The notes below the pieces were generated by a model. It was not told the DNA's origin. It did not search any database and saw only the letters and a list, made by a program, of their open reading frames with translations. From Tubulanus polymorphus (lineage: Eukaryota > Animalia > Nemertea), in assembly GCF_964204645.1 (NCBI RefSeq), contig NC_134033.1, positions 1,074,131 to 1,138,130 on the forward strand: a stretch of DNA of 64,000 nt. The letters run 5' to 3'. The translations under genes were made by a program, and so were the position numbers. Each line of letters starts with the position of its first letter. The first letter of the stretch is position 1. Shown piece after piece: positions 12,761 through 25,832 of the stretch.

Positions 12761-14664
12761 AACAATTCCTCACCCAGCAGACAGATATCAAAATGGAATA
12801 GGCTAAATTGAAATCATTCCTCTCCTACCTCATGCAGCAGGTTTAGAAATAAAACAATTCTTCTAGAAATGAAATAAATAATTTCCCCGACCCCTACATC
12901 AGATCGGATTTGTAAATTCATACTCTAACCAACGGCAATTAATTCCTCCACCAAACGGACAAGAAAATAAAATAGCAGTATAAGTTCCTTCTCCAGTGGA
13001 CTGATTTTGAAATGATTATTCGTCCAGTCATCAATTTATCGACGCATCATTTTCAAGTTTTCATAGAACAACAGCAGCAACGACGACGACAGATGTTTTT
13101 TTTAAAAACGTGAATAAATTACGATCATTGGTTTCCCGATAATTCGAACGAATTTAAAAACGACATGAGCCGTACACGGTATTATATGAGTAATGATCGC
13201 GAGGTTCCTGTAACCGTCAAAACACACGTAAACAATGACGACATATCGTCGAAATAACTAAGTCAGAAAAATAATTATTGGGAAAAAAAAATTTTTTTTC
13301 TAAGTCACAAAAAAAGCTATTTGATCTATTCTAGAACATTATGTGGTTTGTTTAACTGCGGGTGAAATTTTGAAAAAAATTAATGCTTCTAAGTCGGATT
13401 TCATTTAATTCACGTAGCCCTATCGAGTCGATATAACCATGAAAGCAACATAACATACAGGGTTCTTACGAGTTTCCAAATTTCATTTCCAATAACTTTT
13501 CCTTTTCCATACCCAGATTATGAATTTTTCATACCCCTCAGTTACACGTCGCCAACCTAGAACAGGCAGTGTAGACCCATTCAACAGAAACACGTTTTCT
13601 TCCCGGCGAACGTCGTGAGTTAGAGTTAACTCTGAGTTAAAATTAGTTAACTTTCAAATCTTAACTCACAACTGTGAAACTGGGTCCTGTAGGCCTACAA
13701 ATTCACCAGTTATCAAGGGGGTTAGACCCTCAGTAACGTATTTCATATTTCTCTATGCATCAAGCATTGTAGGCCCATTCAAAGTAAATAAGTGCCAATT
13801 ATCAATACCATCGACAAAATGTTTTCATAAAGTTTGTTATCAAATGTGCGGTAAGACATTTAGGTATCCAAAATTTCAAGAGAAAAGGAAAATTTTTATT
13901 CTGAAACAATTTTCCGATTTTCCATCCATTTTCCCACAGCCGTACAGAAAAAAACAATTTCAATAGCTTTTCAAAGGCGTGGAAAAAAATTCCCATTTTC
14001 CAAATCTTTCCAAGACCCGTAACGACCCTGTATGTATATAAAGATGTCGAGAAACTTCGAAATCCTCTGAAATATCGAAATATCGTTATCGAAATAAAAA
14101 AAAACTCTAAAAACAGTACCTTTATTAGATAACACTTAGTGGTTATAAAGATGTCACGATCGAAGAAACTTCGAAATCCCCGTATATTATTATCAAAATA
14201 GAAAACTCTAAAAAGGTCATCAGTAGCCTTTAGATACCACGTTATCATCAGTGCATTTAACGCATCATTGTAACGGGTTTTAAAGGCGGCAAAAAAAACC
14301 CTGCGCGCCGGAATTTACCTAAATGATAACCACGCTGACTGCTGAATTGGTATTACAATCTAACTCCTAGTAAATTGAATCGAAGCTGACATTTGTCGAA
14401 CTAAAATCAAAATACGAATAGTCATCAGGAAGAGAGAATAATAATAACTACGTGATTAGTGTGGGTTTTCCCCACGATTGGTATTTTAGTTGCGCGTGGG
14501 TTTAATTCAACTCTTACAGCGGAAACATTCGAAATGGACGTAATTTTGACGAGACATAAAGTAATAACTGTTCTGGACTCGGTTCAACGGTTGTTGAATT
14601 AATTTGATTCGAAATCGAAAGTTCATTTTCGATGTTTAAAACCTAGGGTCAAATTTCGACTCAA

Positions 14665-15015
14665 AACCGTGTAACTGAGAACAGAACAGTGGAACTGGGT
14701 TCAGAACTGTGGAACTGGGTTCAGAATTGTGGAACTGAGTCCAGAACTGTGGAACTGGGTTCAGAATTGTGGAACTGAGTCCAGAACTGTGGAACTGGGT
14801 TCAGTTACTGTGGAACTTTGTTCAGAACTGTGGAACTGGGTCCAATAACTGTGGAACTGAGTTCAGAACTGTGTAACTGAGTCCAGAACTGTGGAACTAT
14901 GTTCCGTAACTGTGGAACCGAGTCCAGAACTGTAGAACTCGGTTCAGAACTGTGAAATTGGGTTCAGAACTGTTGAACTGGGTCCAGAACTGTGAAACAG
15001 GGCCTAGAACGGTGG
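14665..15015. repeat. 20-bp minisatellite (ACTGTGGAACTGGG core)
   Basis: cagaactgtggaactgggtt units. Confidence 0.85.
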
Positions 15016-15779
15016 GGCTGGTGCTTTCAAACTATGCACATCTAAAAATCTTTTTTTTCAAATATCTGAAAATCTTAGATTAGATTTTTATAGCAGGCAA
15101 AGTGACATGAGATTCAGGTTGAGCCCAGCTGCGTGTTCACCGTGACTCAAACTCAGTCCAGATGTTTGGTATAGTAATGTTTACTACTAACAGTCAGTGC
15201 TCTGTGCTTTGTGTCTATAGGAATGTGTTGAGTGTATGTACAGTATTTGACTCATCAGAACACATTATAACATGATCTCACTATCTACGAGCCCGCCCGC
15301 CCGCCTGCCTGCCCGCCCGCACACTGGTGCAATCATGACCTATCTATTACAATCGAAATGTAAAAATTCATCTAAGTCATATCATGAAATTAAAAAATCA
15401 TTTTGGACTTGAGATAAAAAGTCAGTCACTTATAATCACTATCTTAACTACCTGCGCCTAAGCAGTATGATACCATGGCCTAGATCACTCATACACTGAT
15501 ATGATACAATTTCTAAGCAAATTGTTTGCCTCGGGTAAAAACTGACCATGAAAACAATATTTGATATACATTTATAATATTTAGATATTTAGAAGTATTG
15601 CCAAGAAATTAAGGTTAAAGAAAATGTTTAAGTTGTGAAACGACCACAGCTAACTTCTATGGTCCCTTATATTTCGGACATTTCCAATTCCAACACTAAA
15701 TTCCATCGTGATTTGTCATAATTATTTTCGACTGGTTTCGAGGTCTTATCACAAACTTGAAGTTAACTAATGAAGGACA

Positions 15780-16495
15780 ACGTTCTCATTCTCAAAGATG
15801 ACTTCAGTAAAATTATGATTTCAGTAAAATTATGATTTCAGTAAAAATATGATTAGATACCAATGACAACCGGGTTCTCAACGGCTTCGATGATTCAATA
15901 AAATTATGATTAGTTACAAATGACGACCTTCTTATTCTCAATGTCTTTCACGGTTAAGTAAAATTATAATTAGTTACTACTGACGGCCTTTTCATTCTCG
16001 ATTAAGTTCAAAAATTCAGTAAAATTATAATTAGTGATGTATGATGACTTCTCATTCTCGATGACTTCTACGATTCAGTAAAATTATGATTAGTGAATAA
16101 TGATGACCTTCTCATTATGATAATTTCAAAAATTCAGTAAAATTATAATTAGCTACTGATGACAACCTTCTCATTTTCAATAACTTCAACAATTCAGTAA
16201 AATTATAATTACTTACTAATGACCACCTTCTCATTCTCATAAGTTTGAAAATTCAGTAAAATTATGATTAGTTACTGATGACGACCTTCTTATTCTCAAT
16301 GACTTCAACGAATCAGTAAAATTATAATTAGTGATGACTTCTCATTCTCACCACAATTTAGTAGTCATACATTATTACTGGCGACCTTCCTTTCTCTAGT
16401 CTAGATGATTTCAACAATTCAGTAAAATTATGCTTCGTTGATTAGTTATGTACGATGACTTTCTCAGTATCAGTGACTTCAACGATTCAATAAAA
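15780..16495. repeat. ~59-bp degenerate minisatellite
   Basis: ttcagtaaaattat(g/a)attagt...ccttctcattctc units. Confidence 0.85.
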
Positions 16496-19345
16496 ATAGT
16501 TTCACTGTCCTGTACCCCACAAGCCATGTCTGTCAATTGTATAACTATAAGAAATGTGCCTGCAGTAAAATGTTATTTGTAATATTTTCTAGTTAAAATG
16601 GGGTTGACTGTATTATTATTGACGGTTTTATCAGCACAGAGGGGAAACCGGGTTTCTAAAAGACAAGGATCGAATCGAATGGGGTGGGCCGGGGGTGACA
16701 AAAATATTTCGATTCCGATTTCAACATTATTTCGACACTTTAAGCGGGTAAAACTATGAGAATGAAATAAACTAAATCGATGGAAATACCTTCAATGAAC
16801 GTCTCATTCGTTTAGGGGAACTGTCTCGCTGGTTAAGTTAAGTAAATCCAATCGGGGAGACCCAGTGACAAATTAGGATCGGAGCCGAGTCCAGAGGCAG
16901 TAGCGCTGACCCATTTAAATCATTACCCTGTTGACTGGCGAAGTAATGATTTTCGGCGTCGAGTTCGAATCCCGAATTACCGAACTTCCCTCGCTTACCG
17001 GAGTTCGTTTCGACCGAATATGTTGACTGCCGAAGTAATGAATTCGGGACCGATTTCGAATCCCGATAAACCGCCGACTGACCTCGCGTGCCAGAGTTGG
17101 ATTCCCGTTCCATCGGAGAACCTCGCTTACCAGGGTCCGAAAACTACCGCCCAAAAATCCGCCTCTCTTCAGCTGCTCATTGAAACCAATTCTTCAATGG
17201 CTTGACTTCTTTTTATTTTCTGAGATCGGTTTTTCAAATCCATTTAGCCCGTAACTTAGCAGGTCTTAGTTTCTGATGCAAATCAGCACGGGCCCGACAA
17301 CACTCAAGTTGGTCCCGAATGACTGTAGGTGGAAAAACCCCAAATCTTCAAAGTAGGTTAAAATCCCCACTTGGCGATTTTTCAAAAACATTTCTAAGCC
17401 AGCAATTTCTCCAATTTGCAATAAAACTGCGATATATTTAAACTGTAAATGAACTTTGTTTCGTTTGCGTATATGCGAAATATTTCAGAATCATATCGCA
17501 ATTTGAAAGTTTTACTTGTAGTTTTAATAAGCGATAATAAATTATTAGCATGAAATCAATCGTTAGAATTTATAGAATCGATGAAATTTTCATTTGTAAT
17601 ATTATTTTTCAAATCCGGGAACTGGAATATCTATGAACTCTGAACCTTTTTTAACTTGGCGAAATATTCCACTCTCAAATTAACTTCTTTTTTGAAAATA
17701 TTAAAAATTCTAGTGTAATATATATATTGAACTGCGCGATAACTTTTAGTATCAAGTTAGTATTAGTGCCGGTAGTCAGGGCCGGATGCAGCCTACCGGC
17801 GCTACAACCGCTTGAGCGGAACTCCCAATTTCAAAAGTGCCCTTCTATTTTTCAAGTTCTGGTAGAAGTAATTTGAAATGGCCGAATTGAATCATCGAAA
17901 ATGGGTAAACTCCTTACTTTTTTATAAATGATTTTTCTTTAACTGGTCAAAATGTAATACTTGTGGATGCAGAGAAGGATTTGATGCCCCAAAGTGACAG
18001 ATTGCATCTCGGAGCCCTGAAATTCAAAATTGTCTATGATATGTGTGAAAACGGTCGTGATCTATTATTTCAGTCGAAACGTAGAAACATAAATTCTACT
18101 TCATCGATGGGTTTTTTCTAATCTTTTAATGCAAAAGCCCAGTGAACTGCTTACAATTATAAAATCTGCTAGTTTTTTTGCTGTCTACGAAACCTATTGT
18201 TCCTCGACGAGGAATTCAATAATTATCGACCAAACGCAGAGAACAAACAACTAAAAATTCGGAGCTAATTTTCGTCTCGGGGGTCGTCGTTGTTAAGGGG
18301 TAATTTTCTCTGTGTCTGCGCAGACGAGACTCCACCAGAGAATCCCGCAGTGATCGAAAATAATCACACCCAATTATCCACCAGCGAGCAGACGCCTACA
18401 GATAAAATCAATACACATCGATACTGGCGGCTGATTCGTCCATTTTTGGAAAAAAGTAGATAGATTTTAATTCTGGATATCTCAAACTGAAGGATTAGAT
18501 GATTAGATCTTTTTGACTGGCAGTGAGGACAACAAGTCAGTCCACCGATCTTCAACTCTCCCCTAATGATCATCGTTTGAACTCGTTTTAACAGAAGCAG
18601 CGTTTTCAATGCGCCCCCTAGTGATCATCGTTTGAACTCGTTAACAGACGACGCAACTATTCCGAAAATTGTTCTATTTCATTTTCCTTATCTCGTATAC
18701 ACACATTTGTGTAGTTTTCGTTTATACTTTTTCTTCATAAAAAACGAAACAGCGACGGATTTTTATCTCAAGTTTTTGAAGTTCGCACAAATAATTTCAA
18801 TGCTTGCTCCTTCTTTTATTATGAATTTCTATAATTTCTGGTTATTGCGGTTTTCTCGGTGCTCGTCAAATTAACTCAGAACCGCGACTCCGACGATTCT
18901 ATTAAAACGCGCAAAGAATCGAGACGTTTTTTCGCCCGTGTTTTGAGGTTTGACTCAAGATATTTTGTCGTTATCGACGCTTTTTTTATTGGCGATTTCT
19001 ACGCGTTGTTTGAACTGAATTAAACAAACACACAGAATTAGGATCACGATCACGTTATCTTCCACCGTATTTTGATTTCGTTTCCAGTGGGAAGTCGTCG
19101 GGAGCTGCGAATGAAGCTAGTCTTTTCAACGACTGTAAAACAAACACGATATCAATACCATCGTTTACATCTTCGATCGTGTTTTTGATAAAGAATCAAG
19201 ACTCCGTTTATCAGACGGATACGACAGCGACGACAGCGCCTGGCGACCGAGAACAGTCCCAGACGCCCGAGGAGAAGCGCGACGAAACTGCGTTGTATAT
19301 CGAAGGAGTTCTGCGTTCCCGGCTGGATCTGTCGCACAGACGAAC

Positions 19346-20308
19346 ATGAACTCGTCGAACGAAACGACAGCACCTCGATATTTCCTGCCGTGGTACACGA
19401 GCGTCATGTTCGACTCTCCGAGACTCTGTTCTCCGATGCTCCGTTACGCGCAGGTCATCATCTTACCGATCATAACGGTCACCGGTCTGTTCGGTAACGT
19501 GGCCAGTTTCATCATCATGACCAGCGAGAAATTCCGCGTCTGCTCCTACGCGTCGTATTTAGCGGCTTTGGCTGTTTTCGATACGCTGCTGATGTTCGCC
19601 TACACGGCGCCCGTTCTTAACTACGCTTTCTACCCGCGAATAGTCGTCGAATTGAGCACCGACTTCGCGTGCGAATTTTACGAATATTTTTTCCAAGTTA
19701 CCGACATAATCAGTTCGGGTTTGATCGTGTTACTGACCGCCGAACGTTTCGCCATTGTCGTCTGGCCGTTCTCCGCCAGAACCATAGCGACGCCGTCCGT
19801 CTCGCGGACGCTGGTCATCTTGTTAACGGTCACGTGGTTCGCCTCGTTCACCTACATATTCGCGGCTGTGGAATACAGCCCGGACCGCGGCGGTTGCGTG
19901 TTCGTTTCGGAATACTGGTCGGACTTTTATTTTCGAATTTCGCCCACGTTCACGTCGTATTTACCGGTGACGGTTGTGGTGATTTTTAACGTGGTTCTGA
20001 TCGCGATGCTCCGTCGGTCGGAGCAATTCGGCGGAGCAGGTGGCAAGAAGGCCAACTCGACGAGAAAAGCGACATTTTTAGTAATCACGGTGTCGATCAT
20101 GTTCGCCGCATTCATAATCCCGACCGATATGTTCGTGTTAATCTCCACGTTCGTCGTCATACCGGACCAGCTCCTGTCCGATATTTCGGTGATCATGGCC
20201 GATTTCTACGCCACGAACAGCGTCATCAATTTCTACATTTATCTCCTCTCCGGCGACGAGGTGAAAAACTACGTGAAGAAAAATTGGCTCCCGCGGTGGA
20301 ACAAATAA
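19346..20308 (+). CDS. Intronless class A (rhodopsin-like) GPCR, peptide-receptor-like orphan, 320 aa
   Basis: Seven hydrophobic segments, GN in TM1, LAxxD in TM2, Cys at top of TM3 and in ECL2, ERF(AIVVWP) DRY variant, NSVINFYIY TM7, N-terminal N-glycosylation sequons. Confidence 0.92.
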   Translation: MNSSNETTAPRYFLPWYTSVMFDSPRLCSPMLRYAQVIILPIITVTGLFGNVASFIIMTSEKFRVCSYASYLAALAVFDTLLMFAYTAPVLNYAFYPRIVVELSTDFACEFYEYFFQVTDIISSGLIVLLTAERFAIVVWPFSARTIATPSVSRTLVILLTVTWFASFTYIFAAVEYSPDRGGCVFVSEYWSDFYFRISPTFTSYLPVTVVVIFNVVLIAMLRRSEQFGGAGGKKANSTRKATFLVITVSIMFAAFIIPTDMFVLISTFVVIPDQLLSDISVIMADFYATNSVINFYIYLLSGDEVKNYVKKNWLPRWNK

Positions 20309-20808
20309 GAGGACGTCCCGAAAATACGACGAGAAATTAACTTTTCTCAAATATAAAAGCATCTTCTATACGAAAATTGAACAGTGCCGTATCAGCATTT
20401 GAGATGTGTCCAAAATCCATAAGATAAGATAAGATAATTCATTACTCTCCGACCATTTCACCATGGTACGTGGAGGGATAACTGATTACAAATTTACACA
20501 TCAAGATTTAAAAAATGACAGTTTAGAAAAAACATTTTAGAAACATAAGGTTATTTACAATATATACAAATACAAGATACGCATCGCATACCCCCTCTAG
20601 CGGCTCCCTCTAGTGCCCGCTTACAACCTCCAGCACTCTCACGCCCCCTATCGGCCACCCTCACACCTGTGAAATAGAATTGTCTCCTGCGAAATAAATA
20701 CGAAGCAGAATAAATGAGTAATTGGTAAATATCTGGAAATATAACAAAGCAATATTGTACATATGTTTGATTTTAACACAGGGATTAACCCTGTTATGTA
20801 TTGGTTAA

Positions 20809-21079
20809 CCCTTTCAGTGCTGGCTAATTAATACCCTATAGTGCTGAAGATAATTTGAAAATTCTGAATAATTCCACCCTAGTGTGTTGAATAACGGGAA
20901 TATCACTATAATGCGTCTACACCCTGGCGTGGTATATCGTTAGTTACTAGTATTTCACTATGTTTGACAGGTGAGATAATAAGTAATTACTGATCAAATC
21001 AATACACTGCAGTGAGGTGTACTAGCAAAATCCATCACTGATTTATACACTGCACTGCGGTGTAGGCGCACTGAAAGGG
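20809..21079. mobile_element. piggyBac-like MITE, complete
   Basis: TTAA|CCCTTTCAGTGC...GCACTGAAAGGG|TTAA. Confidence 0.85.
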
Positions 21080-21239
21080 TTAATAAGGTTCATCTGATAT
21101 GTTCTCATTTTACGTCTCTAATGAACGAAACACACCTCACGGAGCGAAACAGGGGGTTTGATTTAGAAACAGATATAGTGAGATCGACGGTCGAGTTTGA
21201 CAGAATTTTTTGTTTAAATCCAAGCAGCGCTCATTATTA

Positions 21240-21577
21240 CGGTGGCTGATAAGGACCGAATACAATAATTTTCACACGACCTCGATTATAGAAAAACACA
21301 AAACGAAACTTATACAGCAAAAACGAACTTTTCGTTTTTGCTAGGGCGCAAAAACGAATTTTATGGCGCAAAAAAAACGAAAAATCATAGAGCAAAAACG
21401 AATATTGTCGTTTTTGCGCTGTAATATTTCGTTTTTGCGGGTTAGCCAAAACTAAAAGTTCGTTTTTGCGCGGTAGCAAGAACGAAGTTTTCGTTTTTGC
21501 TCTATAGGTTTCGTTTTGCATTTTTCTATAATCGAGGTCGTGTAAAAATTAATGCATTTGGCCCTTATCAGCCACCA
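21240..21577. mobile_element. Palindromic MITE with TA flanks (Tc1/mariner-like)
   Basis: TA|cggtggctgataagg...acacgacctcgattatagaaaaa / tttttctataatcgaggtcgtgt...ccttatcagccacca|TA. Confidence 0.75.
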
Positions 21578-22169
21578 TAGGTCATTGATGGTTCAGTCTT
21601 CCAAACTAATTGTCAAATCTTGATTAAATCAATAAACAAGACATATGTTGAATACGAACAATGTAAGGCTTTGTTAGGGCGAATTTTACGCCGTATCGAC
21701 TTGACCGGCTGCTGTTGCTGGTGTCATCGTTTGGTCGACAATTCTGTAAGAGGCGACACCGGCTACCGACTTATCAGTGTACATTCGCATATCAGCTTAT
21801 CGGTACAAACGGTAAATTAAAGGTAAGCTACGTACGTACGTTGAGTAAGCCCTATTTATACTCCCTGTTCTGCAAAAATTTGTGTTCATGAATTTAAATT
21901 CGTGCCTTAAGACAGATTTAACCTTTTGACGGAAATTTTTCTTGATGAAAATTGTGTTTAGAATGTGCCTATGAGGTATCTAAGGTCAAATTATTGGGGG
22001 GGGGGGGGAGAACCTCATCCCACCCTCAAAATATTCACTTGGCACTGGCTTCATCAGCGTCCCCTATAACGCGAAAAAGTGCTCTAAGGTCCTCATAATA
22101 TCAATCCTAAATATTGATGTTATTGAATGTTATTTTGAACCACCAATATTGATGACGTAGTGCACATCG

Positions 22170-22264
<95 letters not shown>

Positions 22265-22313
22265 CATTATCATAATCATAATCATAATCATAATCATTAT
22301 CATTATCATAATC

Positions 22314-22348
<35 letters not shown>

Positions 22349-22375
22349 CATTATTATTATTATTATTATTATTAT
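22170..22375. repeat. (TAT)n/(CATTAT/CATAAT)n microsatellite
   Basis: Simple trinucleotide runs ending ~70 bp upstream of the CAP gene ATG. Confidence 0.95.
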
Positions 22376-22446
22376 ACGTTTTTTAGTCTGAGTTATCAAG
22401 TGATTCGAGCAAAAAGTTTTCGATTCGTTTTTAGAATAAGGTCGAA

Positions 22447-25400
22447 ATGACCAGCTACCGGGCATTAGCGATGACAGCTGTGGGGGCTGCACTGTTAGTG
22501 ATTGTAGTATTACCGATACAGGAAGTAGATTCAGCTGTGGTCAGTTTGACTGAATTGTCCATTATTGACGCCAATTCGTTAAAACAATTAGTAAACAACC
22601 GGCAGACATCTGCAGCGAACAAAAAGTCAAAAAAAAAGACTAAAACTAAACGCGGGACTAAAAAGAGTAAAAAGAGTAGATCTTTAATCAGTCAACGTTC
22701 AATGGTGAGTATGCGTGTATTTCTAATATCACCATTATTACAATTATTCATCGTCCACACTTCACATGAACTACAAACACCAAATATTGGAAATTTTATC
22801 AGTGTACTTTATTTATCAGTGTAAATGAATGCCCATAATTCACATTGGTTCAGTACTTCACCTAAGACATTTATGATTGAAAATGAACTACAAACACCAG
22901 ACATTAGACATTTTATCAGCACACTTTCATAAACTGATCGTCCACACTTCACATGTGTTCAGAACTTCAACTGAGACATTTTTAATTGAAAATGAACTAC
23001 AAACACCAGATATTAGACATTTTATCAGCACACTTTCAAAAACTGATCGTCCACACTTCACATGTGTTCAGAACTTCAACTGAGACATTTTTAATTGAAA
23101 ATGAACTACAAACACCAGACATTAGACATTTTATCAGCACACTTTCATAAACTGATCGTCCACACTTCACATGTGTTCAGTGCTTCACCTGAGACATTTT
23201 CAATTGAAAATGAACTACAAACAACAGACATTAGAAATTTTATCAGCACACTTTCTAAAACTGATCTTCCACACTTCACACTAAAATAATGTCAGTATAA
23301 TATAACATATTGATTAAAGATCTCTCCAAATTTCAGTTCGATAGTCTAGTACCAGAACCTCAGATAGCACAAACGGAGCAGTACCCCCCGAGTCCGAAAC
23401 TATTCAAACGAGCAGCTATTGAAAAACACAACAAATTACGTCAAAAAGAGAATAAAGGCCTCTCAGATCTGGTAATGTGCAGCTACGAAAAGCCCACACA
23501 ACTGTGGAACTGGATCCAGAGTCAAATTAAACCCACACAACTGTGGAACTGGGTCCAGAGTCAAATTAAACCCACACAACTGTGGAACTGGATGCAGAGT
23601 CAAATTAAACCCACACAACTGTTGAACTGGATCCAGAGTCAAATTAAACCCACACAACTGTTGAACTGGATCCAGGGTCAAATTAAACCCACAAAACTGT
23701 GGAACTGGGTCCAGAGTCATGTTAAACCCACCTGTGGAACCTGGGGCCAGAATTAAATCAATCCCACACAACTGGACGCACGATAGTCAAATTAAACCTA
23801 CAGTTAACGACATGCTACGTTTTTAAAATTGTTCAAGGTTTGGGACGATAAATTACACAGAAGGGCCGCAAAACTGATTAAAAAATGCAAATTCGAACAT
23901 TCGGACGAAGAACTGAAGTGGATTTCAGGCGGCAACAAACCGGGCGAAAACCTGTGGAGAGGATCTACTTTAAAACAGTATCACAACGCGTACAAAACCT
24001 GGTACAACGAGAAAAGATCTTACGACTATTCGACTAATCAGTGCAAAGAAGGGAAGATGTGTAATCATTATAAACAGGTATATGACCGCCAGGTGGCGCC
24101 AGTTGAATATGATTTAACCAGTCTGGTCTTAAAAATCTCAGGGGCCAGTTGCACAGTTGTGACTTAAGTTCAAAGTGGTCTTAAAGCTTAAGACTGGTCT
24201 AAATTTGTTAGATTGGATATAGAACTAGTTGGTCTTAGACCGGTCTTAAGTATAAGCCATGACTATGCAACCAGCAGTCTAATTGATATACTTCTGTTTA
24301 GGTAATCTAACAACTACTGTCTGTGACACCTACTCTCCGTGCGACGTTTTGGTCCTTAATTTCGTTAATAATCGGTTTATCTACCTTTATTACGCATCAA
24401 TTTGTTCAGTGAGGAATTTGCATTCAGAAATAAACAAGAATTTTCACTTAAGTTGTTTTTGTTTTCATTTATCAGCGATAGTTTACTCAGCATACGCTCG
24501 CGTAATGCTGAAAAACCCGCTCCGCGGACGCTCGGAAACGTTACAGTGACGTCATCACCTGCTCATTAGCATATCAAAATGCAGTAGGTGGCGCCACGTG
24601 ACGGGCCATAAAAGCCGTTTTTCAGCATTACGCGAGCGTATGCTGGGTAAACTATCGCTGATAGATGAAAACACAAACAAATTTATGCCAGTTCATGTTT
24701 TATTTCTGAATGCAAATTCCTAACTGAACAAATTGATGCATAATATTTACAGATCAATCGATTATTAACGAAATTACGGATCAAAACGTCGCACGAAGAG
24801 CAGGTGTGACAGACAGTAGTCCAGATAAAGACTTTCACCGGTGCCAGCCCTAGTTTGAAATATCAAAACTGGCCTTTAGTATTGGCCATCATAACTAAGA
24901 TGGTTTTGAAGTTGGCTATAAAACCAAAATTAGCTTAGGCCTGTCTCGGTGATTTTTGTGTGTAAATGTTTGTAGATGGTTTGGAAGGCTACTAAGAGGA
25001 TTGGTTGCGCGTACAAACACTGTTCAAAACACGGATATCTGTTAATAGCATGCACGTACTCTCCACCGTAAGTTTTTAAATCTCGTGACAGAGATAAATG
25101 CCCCTCTAATCTATTTGATCTGATTTGATTTTATTGGACGCTTTTGTCGGTGACGTTTCCCATACGTACAAAATCCCAGCTTACCTGGAGAGTATGGGTA
25201 GGGGTTGGCGCGATTCATTGTAGTCCATCCCCCTTTTGCTTCAAAAATTTAAGTCATGTATCGTTAGAAAGGGGACAATTTCTATTTTCTGATGGCGCCT
25301 GGAAACTGGAAACTTCCCTATCTGACCCATCACTTTTCTTTAGAACACTTAATTAGATACTGGACCCTGACGACATTACCCAAGTTCAAATTCGACTTTT

Positions 25401-25656
25401 TCAAATGTTCGATTTGTCGACATTTAAACCTTTTGTGAAATCGGGCCCCGAATGTTTAAACTTCCAAAGTCCTATCCGCTCAAAATGTCACAGAATACAA
25501 AGTATTTATTCCGCTCTAACTACATATGTTTGGTAGGCCTACATAGATGATATTATGCTCGAAACATCAGCGCCCCTAGCGGTGAATCTTAATGATAATC
25601 GGACTATTTTGTTTTTCATTTTCAGCGGTAATGTGGTCAATACGAGACCGTACTAA
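22447..25656 (+). CDS. Secreted CAP/SCP (PR-1/GLIPR/PI16-like) protein, ~251 aa, 5 exons
   Basis: Exons 22447-22704, 23337-23471, 23838-24077, 24976-25067, 25626-25656 (GT-AG, in phase). Signal peptide, Lys-rich segment, then HNKLR, WDDKL, GENLW, WYNE..YDY, CNHYKQMVW..T.RIGCA, IACTYSPPGN...RPY*. Confidence 0.9.
22840..23280. repeat. 109-bp satellite (CAP intron 1)
   Basis: attgaaaatgaactacaaacaccagacattagac...cacttcacatgtgttcag units; same family at 29497 and 63732. Confidence 0.9.
23490..23800. repeat. 39-bp minisatellite (CAP intron 2)
   Basis: cccacacaactgtggaactggatccagagtcaaattaaa units. Confidence 0.9.
24139..24275. mobile_element. Short palindromic MITE (second copy at 56555-56700)
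   Basis: caggggccagttgcacag...catgactatgcaacc; near-identical copy in a GFM1 intron. Confidence 0.75.
24313..24820. mobile_element. ~510-bp palindromic MITE in CAP intron 3
   Basis: actactgtctgtgacacct...gtgcgacgttttg / caaaacgtcgcac...aggtgtgacagacagtagt; arms ~200 bp. Confidence 0.8.
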
Positions 25657-25832
25657 CAGTACCACGTGACGTATCCCTACGCGTGCCGTGTGAAATCTCA
25701 CGCCATTATCTAAATTGAAAATATCAAAAATTGTTCGTTCGTGAAAATTAAAAGATTGTTTATGTGTTATTTTTGTCATTCATTGTCTAATGTTTTGTTC
25801 TGATTCTTATGGAATGAAATTGATTTTCTGTT

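Noticed and set aside
16838-17205. Overlapping 60-90 aa ORFs with two G|GTAAGC donor-like sites and GTTCGAATCC motifs
   Set aside because: No recognisable protein and no tRNA cloverleaf; may be non-coding 5' exons but unsupported.
22130-22492. PolyI / polyY-H ORFs
   Set aside because: Translations of a (TAT)n/(CAT)n microsatellite.
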